A stretch of DNA of 42,092 nt from an uncultured bacterium (GTDB lineage Bacteria > Hydrogenedentota > Hydrogenedentia > Hydrogenedentales > JAEUWI01), in the NCBI GenBank assembly GCA_963977445.1, contig CAXBPH010000021.1, positions 1-42,092 on the forward strand, given 5' to 3'. Within the stretch, counting starts at the first letter, position 1. Every line of letters starts with the position of its first letter. This document shows positions 20,829 through 30,802 of the stretch, in pieces. The notes below the pieces were generated by a model. The model worked only from the letters and a program-made list of their open reading frames with translations. It ran no database searches and was not told the DNA's origin. The position numbers and the translations under genes were made by a program.

Positions 20829-21252
20829 CCTCGGGACGTACCGCCGCAACAAGCACCGTGCCTTCGCGGTCGTACCGTCAGCGCCAGCCGATGCCTATCG
20901 GGAACGGCGACCTGACTACGGGCGGAGGCATGTCCCTGTGGTCTACGGCGGTAAATCGTGGCGCATCATGGCACACCTCGGGACGTACCGCCGCAACAAG
21001 CACCGTGCCTTCGCGGTCGTGTCGTCAGCGCCAGCCGATGCCTATCGGGAAAGTCCACCTGACTACGGGCGGAGGCATGTCCCTGTGGTCTACTACGGTA
21101 AATCGTGGCGCGCCTCGGGACGTACCGCCGCAACAAGCACCGTGCCTGCGCGGTCGTGCCGTCAGCGCCAGCCAATGCCTATCGGGTACGGCGACCTGAC
21201 TACGGGCGGAGGCATGTCCCTGTGGTCTACAGCGGTGAATCGTGACCCATCA
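20829..21252. repeat. Three tandem copies of a ~135-bp long imperfect hairpin
   Basis: Units start at 20829, 20976 and 21113 (CCTCGGGACGTACCGCCGCAACAAGCACCGTGCC...). Confidence 0.95.
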
Positions 21253-21362
21253 TAGCAACCCGCAGGGACGGGCGTACGCACGAAGGGGTCTGCCGCCGGC
21301 ACCAAAGCGCAGAGCGTTATGCCTGTGAATGTCTCGAAAATAGACAGACGCATAGATAATCA

Positions 21363-21391
21363 TTGCGTAAATCCGCAACCCATACTATGAT
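21363..21391 (+). promoter_or_regulatory. Sigma-70-type promoter of DUF1559 gene 1
   Basis: TTGCGT-17 bp-TATGAT, mirrored upstream of the paralogue. Confidence 0.6.
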
Positions 21392-21570
21392 TAGATAGTC
21401 AACAATAGTGAATAGCTCTGTATTTTCAAAACTGCATGGTTTGATTTCGAGAGAGAGGAGGCTAACATTTCGCCATCGAGCGCTTTCATTTGAGTCGTGA
21501 ACTCCCTGAAACTTTTATAAAAATTCATATTCATAGCTTCATCTACCCACTGAAAGAGGTACCCGCCATC

Positions 21571-22560
21571 ATGAAAAAACACGGTTTCACCCTGATCGAA
21601 CTGTTGGTCGTGATCGCCATCATCGGCATTCTCGCTGCCATATTACTCCCCGCGCTGGCCCGGGCCCGCGAGGCAGCCCGTCGCGCCAGCTGCCAAAACA
21701 ACCTCAAGCAATGGGGTATCATTTACAAAATGTATGCGAATGAGTCCGAAGGAGAAAAATGGCCCCTCATTCATGCCGACGAAATCTGGCTTCCCGACGA
21801 AGCGCTGGTCGGAACGAACTGCTCCGGCGATAACGACGACGCGGACTTCGCGCCCGCCATGGAAGAAGTCTATCCCGAGTACATGACCGACCCGAATATC
21901 CTCCTGTGCCCTTCCGACCCGGCAGCGGCCGAGGAAAATCCTCTGGACATCCTGATCCAGGATCCCGATGGGTGTATCGATTCCAATGGTAAGAATTGGG
22001 CGGGTACGATCTCCAATCCAGATGCCAGTTATATCTACCTCGGCTACATCCTCGACAAAGTCGAAGATGACAATGAGGTGGCCAACCTGGCTGCACTGGG
22101 TATGGCCGGTACGGGCTCCATTCAGATGGCGGCCATATTGGGTAGCATTGCACCCTACGTTTCCGACCTGGGTGGACCATCCGGTGCCACTTCCGGTACG
22201 GATGACGCCTTCTTGGACACCGACATTAACATCGGAACGATTGCCGGTGCCCTTGGTGCCACGGTACCCGCTGGCAATGGCAATGGCAATATCGTCCTCC
22301 GCATGCGTGAAGGCATTGAGCGATTCCTGATTACGGATATCAACAATGCGGCCGCATCTGCCAAGGCCCAATCGGTCGTCCCCGCTATGTTCGACATCGT
22401 CGCCGATGCCGGCCCCAATGCAAGTGCCGTATCCTTATTCAACCACGTTCCCGGCGGCTCCAATGTGCTCTATGCCGACGGCCACGTATCCTTCGTCAAA
22501 TATGCCGATGGCTTCCCCGCCAACAAGGCCTTCGCCGCCCTCGCGGGTAACTTCGGCTGA
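21571..22560 (+). CDS. DUF1559 prepilin-type N-terminal cleavage/methylation protein with an H-X9-DG-like C-terminus
   Basis: [40 protein letters not shown] and [16 protein letters not shown]. Confidence 0.93.
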   Translation: MKKHGFTLIELLVVIAIIGILAAILLPALARAREAARRASCQNNLKQWGIIYKMYANESEGEKWPLIHADEIWLPDEALVGTNCSGDNDDADFAPAMEEVYPEYMTDPNILLCPSDPAAAEENPLDILIQDPDGCIDSNGKNWAGTISNPDASYIYLGYILDKVEDDNEVANLAALGMAGTGSIQMAAILGSIAPYVSDLGGPSGATSGTDDAFLDTDINIGTIAGALGATVPAGNGNGNIVLRMREGIERFLITDINNAAASAKAQSVVPAMFDIVADAGPNASAVSLFNHVPGGSNVLYADGHVSFVKYADGFPANKAFAALAGNFG

Positions 22561-22597
22561 TAGGCTTCCATAACGGAACCCAGTATCAATTTCCATC

Positions 22598-22634
22598 AAA
22601 CGCGCGGCTCGACTCCATGGGCCGCGCGTTTTCT
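22598..22634 (+). terminator. Rho-independent terminator
   Basis: AAACGCGCGGC/GCCGCGCGTTT stem with a T-rich tail. Confidence 0.7.
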
Positions 22635-22802
22635 ATATCGTGGGGCACCCATCCGTCTCTGACTGACACACGCTGCCCCCCCATCGAACAAGCCCTTTGC
22701 CATCGTTGGCGTCTTTTAATGAAAAAGTCCATGAATACTATGGCCACTTCAACGTAAAACCGCAAACTTGGCGCAATTCGTCCCATAAAGACAATAAAAC
22801 TG

Positions 22803-22831
22803 TTGCGCAATTCTGTCACTCGTACTATCAT
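22803..22831 (+). promoter_or_regulatory. Sigma-70-type promoter of DUF1559 gene 2
   Basis: TTGCGC-17 bp-TATCAT, at almost the same distance from the ATG as in gene 1. Confidence 0.6.
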
Positions 22832-23007
22832 AATGTTGGTTAGGGATTTGTAAGTGTACTATGGGTCAGTTGGCACACCAAATATCACTGACAGGAAAGG
22901 AGGACGTCGTTTTGCCATCAAGAGCGTAATGCAATGTGATTTAATCCCTGATACGATACATATTTGCTATTCATATTATTTACTATAGGAAAGAGGGAAT
23001 TATTATC

Positions 23008-23952
23008 ATGAAAAAACAAGGTTTTACCCTGATAGAATTGCTGGTAGTTATTGCAATCATCGGCATTCTCGCGGCCATCCTGCTGCCTGCCCTTGCCCGG
23101 GCTCGTGAAGCGGCCAAACGGTCCAGCTGTCAAAACAATCTCAAACAATTCGGCATCATCTTCAAAATGTATGCCAATGAATCCGAAGGCGAGAAATATC
23201 CCAATGCGGCTGTTGAAGACGAAGACGTCAGTAATGACGGCGTTCCGGATTGTGAGAGATTCGGCCTCGAGCTTATGTTCGCCGGTGCAGAAGTCTACCC
23301 CGAATACATGACGGACGAAAATATCATCGTTTGTCCTTCCGACGCGGACGGCATTGACCGCCTTACCGGCGGACGTTTCCATACGGACGGCAATCCCGAT
23401 CTGGGCGTCAATCCCTGCCGCTTCGACACCCTGTCGTATATCTACTATGCCTGGCTGATCGACTTCAAAACCCACCTCATGGTTGCCGGTGTGGATGAGA
23501 ATGATGGCCGCCTGGCTGGTCTCGATACGGCGGGTGCCTTTGGCGCTGGCCTCATTGATCCTCCCCTGGTCGACATCATCGCGGGATTCTCGGGTTCACC
23601 AACCACCATCCCGGGTCGCTTGAATGCACTCGCGCCCGGCGATAACCCCTATCCCATTGTAGATACGGACATTAAATTTTCCGACTACACCCCGCTCGGC
23701 GATAACCGTGTCATCTTTCGACTTCGTGAAGGTATCGAGCGCTTCCTCATCACGGATATCAACAACGCGGCTGCCAGCACCAAGGCGCAGTCCGTTATCC
23801 AGATCATGTGTGATGAAGTCAGCATCAAAGCGAGCAACTTCAGCCACATCCCCGGTGGTGCCAACATCCTCTACCTGGATGGACACGTATCATGGGAAAA
23901 ATACCCTGGCCCAGGTTATGCTTCCATGGCGCAGGCGGTGCTGTTGGGATAA
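23008..23952 (+). CDS. DUF1559 prepilin-type protein, paralogue 2
   Basis: [44 protein letters not shown] and [16 protein letters not shown]. Confidence 0.93.
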   Translation: MKKQGFTLIELLVVIAIIGILAAILLPALARAREAAKRSSCQNNLKQFGIIFKMYANESEGEKYPNAAVEDEDVSNDGVPDCERFGLELMFAGAEVYPEYMTDENIIVCPSDADGIDRLTGGRFHTDGNPDLGVNPCRFDTLSYIYYAWLIDFKTHLMVAGVDENDGRLAGLDTAGAFGAGLIDPPLVDIIAGFSGSPTTIPGRLNALAPGDNPYPIVDTDIKFSDYTPLGDNRVIFRLREGIERFLITDINNAAASTKAQSVIQIMCDEVSIKASNFSHIPGGANILYLDGHVSWEKYPGPGYASMAQAVLLG

Positions 23953-23982
23953 TTTACACCCCATAACCCTGTAAACAATGCG

Positions 23983-24013
23983 GGGGCGGAACCGACAGGT
24001 TCCGCCCCTTTTT
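23983..24013 (+). terminator. Rho-independent terminator
   Basis: GGGGCGGAACC-GACA-GGTTCCGCCCC followed by T5. Confidence 0.88.
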
Positions 24014-24153
24014 CGTGTCCCGACACCGGCCTACACCGGTGGCCACGCCGTCGGATAAGTTGCGGTTTCCCTCGGTGCGGTGTTATTCTAGGGCCTACCT
24101 ACTCTTCCCCATGTGTCGTCTTTTCCACCCCAAAATAATCAAGAGAACCCCAG

Positions 24154-24879
24154 ATGTCACAGGAAAAGGCGGAAGCCCTGGTACTCCGGGGTGTCGACTA
24201 CAGTGAGACCAGCCGCATTGTCACCTTCCTTACACCGGAACGGGGCAAGCTCACCTGCATCGCCAAAGGCGTGCGACGGAAGAATAGCCCGCTGGCCTCC
24301 ATCCTGGACACCTTTAATCAGGTGGAACTGGTGTATTACTGGAAGGAAGGGCGGGAGGTTCATACCCTGGGCGAAGCGACCCTCCTCCATGGATTCCCCG
24401 GGATAAAGCGGGATTTGGAGCGATGCAGCTTCGGTGCCGTCCCCTTGGAGCTCGCTTCACGGACGGCCCACGACAATGAGCCCTCCCATGATTTTTACCG
24501 GACCATGCTTGCCGGCCTGAGCGATATGGAGCGCTGGCGCGGAACGGCGCGAATTCATTGTGCCTGGCAATTGGCGCGCCTTTTGGTGAGTGCAGGTTTC
24601 GCCCCCGAACTGGGTCACTGCGTGCATTGTGAGGGTAAAATAGGTCATAATCCGGGTTTCGATTTGGATGGTGGTGCCGTGTGTGATAGGTGCCCGGCGG
24701 AGCGACGCTACGCCAGGCCAATATTCGACGCCCTGGCGGCCCTGTTTCAGGCCACCGAAGGCTGTCCCCAAGTGGAACACGAAGAACTATTGTTTCGCCT
24801 GGTGCGCGCCTATATGACCCGGCAGACAGAAACCGACTATCGAAGTCTACGCGTCTTGCACGACATGTTCGGCAGCTGA
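24154..24879 (+). CDS. recO: DNA repair protein RecO
   Basis: N-terminal OB fold (VLR..DYSE.SRIV..LT...GK....KG) and a CxxC...CxxC zinc finger. Confidence 0.92.
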   Translation: MSQEKAEALVLRGVDYSETSRIVTFLTPERGKLTCIAKGVRRKNSPLASILDTFNQVELVYYWKEGREVHTLGEATLLHGFPGIKRDLERCSFGAVPLELASRTAHDNEPSHDFYRTMLAGLSDMERWRGTARIHCAWQLARLLVSAGFAPELGHCVHCEGKIGHNPGFDLDGGAVCDRCPAERRYARPIFDALAALFQATEGCPQVEHEELLFRLVRAYMTRQTETDYRSLRVLHDMFGS

Positions 24880-24966
24880 CCGCGGAAAAGGCAGGCCGCA
24901 ACAGGCGGCAAAACAACACACGTGAAGGTCCGCCTCTGCATGGGGCTGATGGAAAAGAAGTACACA

Positions 24967-26781
24967 ATGGCCCTACAATCTCATATTCGCAACTTTTGTA
25001 TCATCGCCCACATCGACCATGGCAAGTCGACGCTGGCCGACCGTCTTCTTCAGGTGACCCACACCGTGGAAGGCCGCAAAATGAAAGAGCAGGCTCTCGA
25101 TACCATGGATATCGAGCGTGAGCGGGGCATCACCATCAAGTCGGTGGCGGTCCGCATGCTTTACACGGCCGTCAATGGAGAAACCTACACGCTCCATCTC
25201 ATCGACACCCCCGGGCACGTTGATTTTGCCTACGAGGTCTCCCGAAGCCTGGCGGCCTGTGAAGGGGCGCTCCTGCTTGTAGACGCCGCCCAGGGCGTGG
25301 AAGCCCAGACCCTGGCGAACGCCTATAAAGCGGTAGACCAGGATTTGGAAATCATTCCTGTAATTAATAAGGTCGACCTGCCCAACGCGGACATTGATAG
25401 TGCCCGCCAGCAGATTCTCGATATCATTGGCCTGGACCCGGATGAAGCCGTGCTGACCAGCGCGAAAACCGGCCTGGGCACCGAAGATCTTCTCGAAGCC
25501 ATCGTCCGGAAGGTCCCCCCCCCGTCCGGCAATCCCGACGCCCCCCTCCGGGCCCTGATTTTTGATGCCTCCTACGATAGCTATCGTGGTGTGGTCGTCT
25601 ATCTCCGTGTTACCGACGGCAGACTGGTCAAAGGACAGAAAATTCTCCTCATGACCGTGGACCGGAAATATGAAGTCACGGAAGTCGGCTGCTTCATCCC
25701 CGAGGCCAAACCCCTGCCCGCCCTGGAATGTGGCGAAGTGGGTTATATGATTTGCAGCATCAAGACCCTGCAAGACACCAAAGTAGGCGACACGGTGACC
25801 GATGCCATACATCCGGCTACCACCCCCCTCCCGGGTTATGAAGAAGTGAAGCCCGTTGTTTTCTGCGGTATGTACCCCGCTATTGCCACCGACTTCGGTG
25901 AACTGCGGGATGCCCTCGAAAAACTGAGCCTCAACGACGCCTCCTTTGAATATGTCGCCGATAGTTCCGACGCCCTGGGGCTGGGCTTTCGTCTGGGATT
26001 CCTCGGGTTGCTCCACATGGAAATTATCCAGGAGCGCCTGGAGCGGGAGTTTAACCTTACCCTCGTTTCCACCATGCCCAACGTGGCCTACCAAATCACC
26101 CGCACCGATGGTGAAATGACCATCATCGAAAAAGCGTCTCAGATGCCCAACCGCGCCGAGATCGAAGTGTGCGAAGAGCCCTATATCGAAGCCGATATCA
26201 TGGTGCCCACCGAATACCTCAGCACGGTCATCGATTTGTGTAAGAAGAAGCGCGGTATTCACGTCCGCGTTGATTATATCGACAGTCGCCGGTGCATGGC
26301 GGTCTACCAGATGCCCCTCTCGGAGATTGTCGTTGATTTCTACGATAAGCTGAAGTCCTACACACGGGGCTACGGCTCCCTTGAATACCGCATCATCGGC
26401 TATCGCCCGGGAGACCTGGTGAAGCTCGATATCATGCTGAACGGCGAATCTGTGGACGCCCTGTCTGTCGTCGTTCATCGTGACAACGCCGTTCCTATGG
26501 GGAAAGCCCTCGCCTCCAAGTTGCGTGCTCTTATCCCCCGTCAACAATACGAAGTGGCCATCCAGGCGGCCATCGGCGGTAAAATTATCGTGCGAGAGAC
26601 CGTGAAGGCCCTTCGCAAGAATGTAACGGCCAAATGTTACGGCGGTGATATCACCCGTAAACGTAAGCTGCTCGAAAAGCAAAAAGAGGGTAAGAAACGC
26701 ATGAAACAGGTGGGCACGGTTGAAGTACCCCAGGAAGCCTTCATGGCCCTCCTGAAGGTCAGTGAAGACGCGGACAGGTAA
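24967..26781 (+). CDS. lepA: Translation elongation factor 4
   Basis: [39 protein letters not shown] and [14 protein letters not shown]. Confidence 0.99.
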   Translation: MALQSHIRNFCIIAHIDHGKSTLADRLLQVTHTVEGRKMKEQALDTMDIERERGITIKSVAVRMLYTAVNGETYTLHLIDTPGHVDFAYEVSRSLAACEGALLLVDAAQGVEAQTLANAYKAVDQDLEIIPVINKVDLPNADIDSARQQILDIIGLDPDEAVLTSAKTGLGTEDLLEAIVRKVPPPSGNPDAPLRALIFDASYDSYRGVVVYLRVTDGRLVKGQKILLMTVDRKYEVTEVGCFIPEAKPLPALECGEVGYMICSIKTLQDTKVGDTVTDAIHPATTPLPGYEEVKPVVFCGMYPAIATDFGELRDALEKLSLNDASFEYVADSSDALGLGFRLGFLGLLHMEIIQERLEREFNLTLVSTMPNVAYQITRTDGEMTIIEKASQMPNRAEIEVCEEPYIEADIMVPTEYLSTVIDLCKKKRGIHVRVDYIDSRRCMAVYQMPLSEIVVDFYDKLKSYTRGYGSLEYRIIGYRPGDLVKLDIMLNGESVDALSVVVHRDNAVPMGKALASKLRALIPRQQYEVAIQAAIGGKIIVRETVKALRKNVTAKCYGGDITRKRKLLEKQKEGKKRMKQVGTVEVPQEAFMALLKVSEDADR

Positions 26782-26786
26782 GCGGG

Positions 26787-27704
26787 ATGGCGAAAGCAAC
26801 GAAGAATGCGACCCCGGCGGCAGACAAGGCCACCAAACCAGGGCGCCTCGTCTCCCTGTTGCAGCAGGCCCGCGAAATTGCCGTGCTGCTTGCGATCATC
26901 CTTACGATCAAGGGCTGTGTCATCGACCAATACAGCATTCCTTCCGGTTCCATGGAACCTATCCTCCACGGTGATCCCAATATGTTCAAGGGAGACCGGG
27001 TACTCACCAACAAGTGGCTTTTTGGCCCACGCATCCCCTTCACGACCATCCGCCTGTGGAACTGGTATGAACCGGAACGGTGGGACATCGTCGTATTCAA
27101 ACCCCCGGAAGGCGGCAGCGAGCACCCCCGATTGATCAAACGGGTTATCGGCTTGCCCGGTGAGCGGATCGACATTAAAGACCAGCACATTTACGTCAAC
27201 GGCGAGATGGTGCCCTTTGGACCCGGCCTGCCCGAGTTCACGTCCGAACCTCTGCTGGACGTCATGGGAGAAGGTCGCACGCCCAAACACTTCCATGGCT
27301 ATTGGAACTATGACGACATAAAACAGCAGTCGGAAACGGCCCCCCTTCCTGAACAACGCCAGTATTTCGCCCAGATGTTGAACCAGTATCCGCCCAAGTA
27401 TGGGTGTATACCTGGCGACGAATACCACGTCGTGCCCGAAGACCACTTCCTCTTTCTCGGCGACAACAGTGCCAACAGCGTAGACGGAAGAATGTTTGGC
27501 TGGGTACATCGTGATCATCTCTATGGCCGGGCATCGGCCGTGTTCTGGCCTATCGGACATCGGCAGGACTTTACCGGCTTCACCCATACCTGGTGGGGCA
27601 AGTTGCTCGTCTACGGCCTCCCCATTGCCATTGTCTGTTTTGAAGTACGAAACTGGCGACGAGACCGACGCAAAAAACGAGACGCAAAAAAGGAAACGAC
27701 CTGA
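26787..27704 (+). CDS. lepB: Signal peptidase I
   Basis: IPSGSM (Ser), IKRVIG (Lys) and GDNSANSVDGR boxes, plus an extra C-terminal TM segment. Confidence 0.92.
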   Translation: MAKATKNATPAADKATKPGRLVSLLQQAREIAVLLAIILTIKGCVIDQYSIPSGSMEPILHGDPNMFKGDRVLTNKWLFGPRIPFTTIRLWNWYEPERWDIVVFKPPEGGSEHPRLIKRVIGLPGERIDIKDQHIYVNGEMVPFGPGLPEFTSEPLLDVMGEGRTPKHFHGYWNYDDIKQQSETAPLPEQRQYFAQMLNQYPPKYGCIPGDEYHVVPEDHFLFLGDNSANSVDGRMFGWVHRDHLYGRASAVFWPIGHRQDFTGFTHTWWGKLLVYGLPIAIVCFEVRNWRRDRRKKRDAKKETT

Positions 27705-27859
27705 CCGGGTTCGCTTCGTGTGTTGTTCCTGCAGTACCAGGCAGGAACACTTGCGCACGGCACCCTATGAAGCACCAACACATCAAGAAATAGGCTGCTA
27801 CGGCCTGCTATGCTTAGTCCCTTTTCAGCTCCCTTGTAAACATCCGTACTGGAGACCCC

Positions 27860-29254
27860 ATGGGCACCACCCCAATCCCCAATCCCGACGAGTCCCCCTC
27901 TGCGGGACCTAAGACGTCCAGCCGCTACACCCGCGTTGGCCTGGCACTCATCCTCTTTGGTGCGGTATTCATGCTCAGTCAGCGCCTGGGGCACGTCGTA
28001 TTGCCTTCCTGGCTCTACTACACCGCCGTCGGTGCCCTGGTACTGGGGATAATCGAATTTGGACTGGGCCGCATGACGCCCGAGGCCGCCTGGGAGTGGA
28101 ACAAGAGCATGATCTTCGCCCTTGGGCTCGCCCTGCTCATTCGGTGGCCCATCGCCGAGCCCTACCGCATTCCTTCGGGCTCAATGGAAACGACCCTCCA
28201 CGGTGATCCCAATTTTGGCAAAGGGGACCGTGTATTCGTAAATAAGTTTATCTATGGGGTGCGCTACCCCTTCCTGAACAAGCGCATCTGGCACGGCAAA
28301 GATCCGGAACGCTGGGATGTGGTCGTCTTTAAATCGGTGGAGCCCGATGCCGAACACCCGACCCTCGTCAAGCGCATTGTCGGTATGCCCGGTGAGCACT
28401 TCCACATCGAAGGCGGCAAGGTCTACGTCAACGGAGAAGAGCTGGAAATACCCGACGCCCTGCCCGAAGGCCAGTTCTATACTTCTGGTTTTTCGATGAA
28501 GTATGGCGTTCGCCCCGAACCCGAATATTCCGAAATCCCGGAAGGACACTACCTCGTCCTCGGTGATAACAGTGGCAACAGTCGCGATGGACGCTACTTT
28601 GGCTGGTTGCCCAACGAGCATATTGTCGGGCGCGTCGCCTCCATCTGGTGGCCCCCGCCCCGGTGGCGTGACTTCACCGGCTTTTCCCACACGATCTGGT
28701 GGAATAGCCTCCTCGTATTGCTGGCCGTGTATATTGTCGGACGACTCTTTGTCGGTCGCTCCTGGCCCACGGTGAATACGAAGCGGGATGGTGTCGATCA
28801 CCTCTTTATCAGCTTCCTCCATTTCGGCCTGCCCATCCCCATGACCCCCTGGAAATTTCGCCACTGGGGCCAGGCACAAAAAGGAGACAACGTCCTCTAC
28901 CGACCCATTGGAGACGCCAGTAAGCAGGCGGACCTCTTGCTCGGACGTGTCGTTGCCATGGGCGGCGACGAAGTCGTCGTGGAAGATGGCAGATTGGTGG
29001 TCAACGGTGAAACCCAGGAGAATATCCCGGGGGAAATCGCCAATCTGGACAATGGTGCCCACGCCTATGGCAAAGCCTCCAAGGGTAAGTCCAAAAATGT
29101 CGTACCCGAAGGACACGTATTCATCCTTACCGACTTCCCGGAAGATGAGGAGGCCCTCGACAGCCGCTCTATGGGCTTCGTGCCCGAATCCTTCCTCATG
29201 GGTAAGGCAAAGCGTATCTGGTGGCCCCTGGGCCGCGCAGGGCGTTTGAAATAG
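27860..29254 (+). CDS. lepB: Signal peptidase I paralogue with a second degenerate S26 domain
   Basis: Domain 1 has IPSGSM, VKRIVG and GDNSGNSRDGR. After a TM segment, domain 2 has LLGRVVAMGGD and DSRSMGFVP. Confidence 0.88.
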   Translation: MGTTPIPNPDESPSAGPKTSSRYTRVGLALILFGAVFMLSQRLGHVVLPSWLYYTAVGALVLGIIEFGLGRMTPEAAWEWNKSMIFALGLALLIRWPIAEPYRIPSGSMETTLHGDPNFGKGDRVFVNKFIYGVRYPFLNKRIWHGKDPERWDVVVFKSVEPDAEHPTLVKRIVGMPGEHFHIEGGKVYVNGEELEIPDALPEGQFYTSGFSMKYGVRPEPEYSEIPEGHYLVLGDNSGNSRDGRYFGWLPNEHIVGRVASIWWPPPRWRDFTGFSHTIWWNSLLVLLAVYIVGRLFVGRSWPTVNTKRDGVDHLFISFLHFGLPIPMTPWKFRHWGQAQKGDNVLYRPIGDASKQADLLLGRVVAMGGDEVVVEDGRLVVNGETQENIPGEIANLDNGAHAYGKASKGKSKNVVPEGHVFILTDFPEDEEALDSRSMGFVPESFLMGKAKRIWWPLGRAGRLK

Positions 29255-29262
29255 CTTCGGGC

Positions 29263-30342
29263 CTACCGTATCAGTGCCAGACCAATCTCGTTGTTGAGGT
29301 AGTAGCCCTCTTTGGTCGGCCAGATGCGGTCTTCGTCTTCGGCCAGTAGTCCCCGGCCGATGAGTGCCGTCAAGGTCTCACCATAGTCTACCGCAACGGC
29401 ATTCCCGAAACGCTGTTCGTAGTAGGCCTTTTCCATGCCGGATTCCAGGCGGAAATGCTGAATCAGCGTCTCCAGACGGGTATCCCCGTCATTTATGGCC
29501 TCGGACTCGGTCTTCTCACCCGGATTCAACAGGTAGGCATCGGTGGTAATCGCGTTGCGCGCACGGACGCCCTCAATGTACGAGTAGGCCCCCGTTCCGA
29601 ATCCCGCATAGTCTTCATTGTGCCAATAGATGAGGTTGTGACGAGACTGGTGCCCCGGTTTGGCATAATTGGAAATTTCGTAGTGGTCGTAGTCCGTGAG
29701 GGATTCCTGGGCCTGGCGAAACATCTGCAGGGCGATATCGTCGGGAATCGCCTGGTCCGACCGCTTCTCGAAGGGGGTCCCCACTTCGTAGGTCAGGTTA
29801 TAGGCCGAAATATGGGGTGGGCCAATCTGAACGGCTTCCCGTAAGGTCGATTCCCAGGCTTCCACCGGCGGGGCACCAAAAATCAGGTCGAGACTCCAGG
29901 TGTCAAAGGTCTCCCCCACCCAGCCACAGGCCCGTCGTGCGGCGTCGGCGTCGTGACGGCGACCCAAATAGCGGAGCACCTTCTCTTCGAAGCTCTGGAC
30001 CCCCAGGCTCACCCGGTTGATGCCCAGCGACCGCCAGGTCTGCACCAGCTCCAGGGTCACATCATCGGGATTGGCTTCCAGGGTTATTTCGCCGCCATCC
30101 AATGTAAATCGGTCATGGAGGGCCGTGAGAATCGCTTCCAAACCCGCCGCCGTCAGCATGGAGGGTGTTCCCCCACCGAAAAAGACACTCTCGGCCAGGC
30201 GGGGCCCTTCGAAGGCCCTGATCTCGCTACAGAGGGCCTCGACAAAGGCCTCGGGCACATGGGTGCGACTCCGCTCTTTGACAAAGTCGCAATAGGGGCA
30301 GAGGGTCTTGCAATAGGGAATGTGGAGATAAATACCGAGCAT
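29263..30342 (-). CDS. hemW: Radical SAM heme chaperone HemW
   Basis: GIYLHIPYC, CxxxCxxC (CKTLCPYC), GGGTPS, EANP, YEISNY and HNxxYW. Confidence 0.93.
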   Translation of the reverse strand: MLGIYLHIPYCKTLCPYCDFVKERSRTHVPEAFVEALCSEIRAFEGPRLAESVFFGGGTPSMLTAAGLEAILTALHDRFTLDGGEITLEANPDDVTLELVQTWRSLGINRVSLGVQSFEEKVLRYLGRRHDADAARRACGWVGETFDTWSLDLIFGAPPVEAWESTLREAVQIGPPHISAYNLTYEVGTPFEKRSDQAIPDDIALQMFRQAQESLTDYDHYEISNYAKPGHQSRHNLIYWHNEDYAGFGTGAYSYIEGVRARNAITTDAYLLNPGEKTESEAINDGDTRLETLIQHFRLESGMEKAYYEQRFGNAVAVDYGETLTALIGRGLLAEDEDRIWPTKEGYYLNNEIGLALIR

Positions 30343-30428
30343 AGGGGATAGTGTATCAACTGGCGATAACCCGACACACGAAATTAAGGCGGTCACCGTC
30401 CAACCTCGGACTAAAGAACCACCCCGTC

Positions 30429-30731
30429 GTGCCACCCGATCGCCTTTTTGGGGGTGGGGCATGCATGTTGGAATCGGCTGCGTCGACAATCGCGGGACGT
30501 GTTCGATGGGTTTGGTGTGAAGCGTTCGGGTGCCTTGAGCCGGATCTCGATGGACGTTGAATGACGAGACAGTAGCTTTGTTTACAGGTGGGTATTGGTG
30601 AAATAAACAAGGCTACGGTCCAGATCCCGAAAGCTCCAACAAGTAAACCAGGCGCAAGACATCCGAATCCTCCTGCGGCGGATCTTCGACAGGAAATACC
30701 GGATCGGGTGGCACAGCGGGGTTGCTGATTT
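30429..30731 (+). repeat. Nested-stem dispersed element, copy 1
   Basis: GTGCCACCCGATC 30429-30441 pairs with GATCGGGTGGCAC 30702-30714. Inner stems at 30524-30540/30652-30668 and 30568-30584/30604-30620. Confidence 0.85.
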
Positions 30732-30742
30732 AAGGCCAAATT

Positions 30743-30783
30743 AAAAACGCCGCCTGACGTGGTTTCCCATGTCAGGCGGCGTT
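30743..30783 (-). terminator. Rho-independent terminator
   Basis: 13-bp stem AACGCCGCCTGAC/GTCAGGCGGCGTT with a T tract on the minus strand, 20 bp after the stop codon. Confidence 0.85.
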
Positions 30784-30802
30784 GTATTGGTGGGGCTAGG
30801 GC

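Noticed and set aside
20829..21252. CRISPR array or integron attC array
   Set aside because: Units are ~140 bp with no unique spacers, there are no cas or intI genes, and there are no RYYYAAC/GTTRRRY boxes.
25515..25523. C9 tract in lepA as a phase-variation site
   Set aside because: It encodes the usual proline-rich VPPP segment of a conserved housekeeping gene, and the frame is intact.
24973..26799. Long antisense ORFs (also 11113-12660, 12727-14109, 18974-19999, 35958-37748)
   Set aside because: These are shadow frames opposite well-conserved genes in GC-rich DNA and have no recognisable motifs.
30343..30489. N-terminal extension of HemW
   Set aside because: It runs through the nested-stem repeat, and family similarity starts at MLGIYLHIP (30342).
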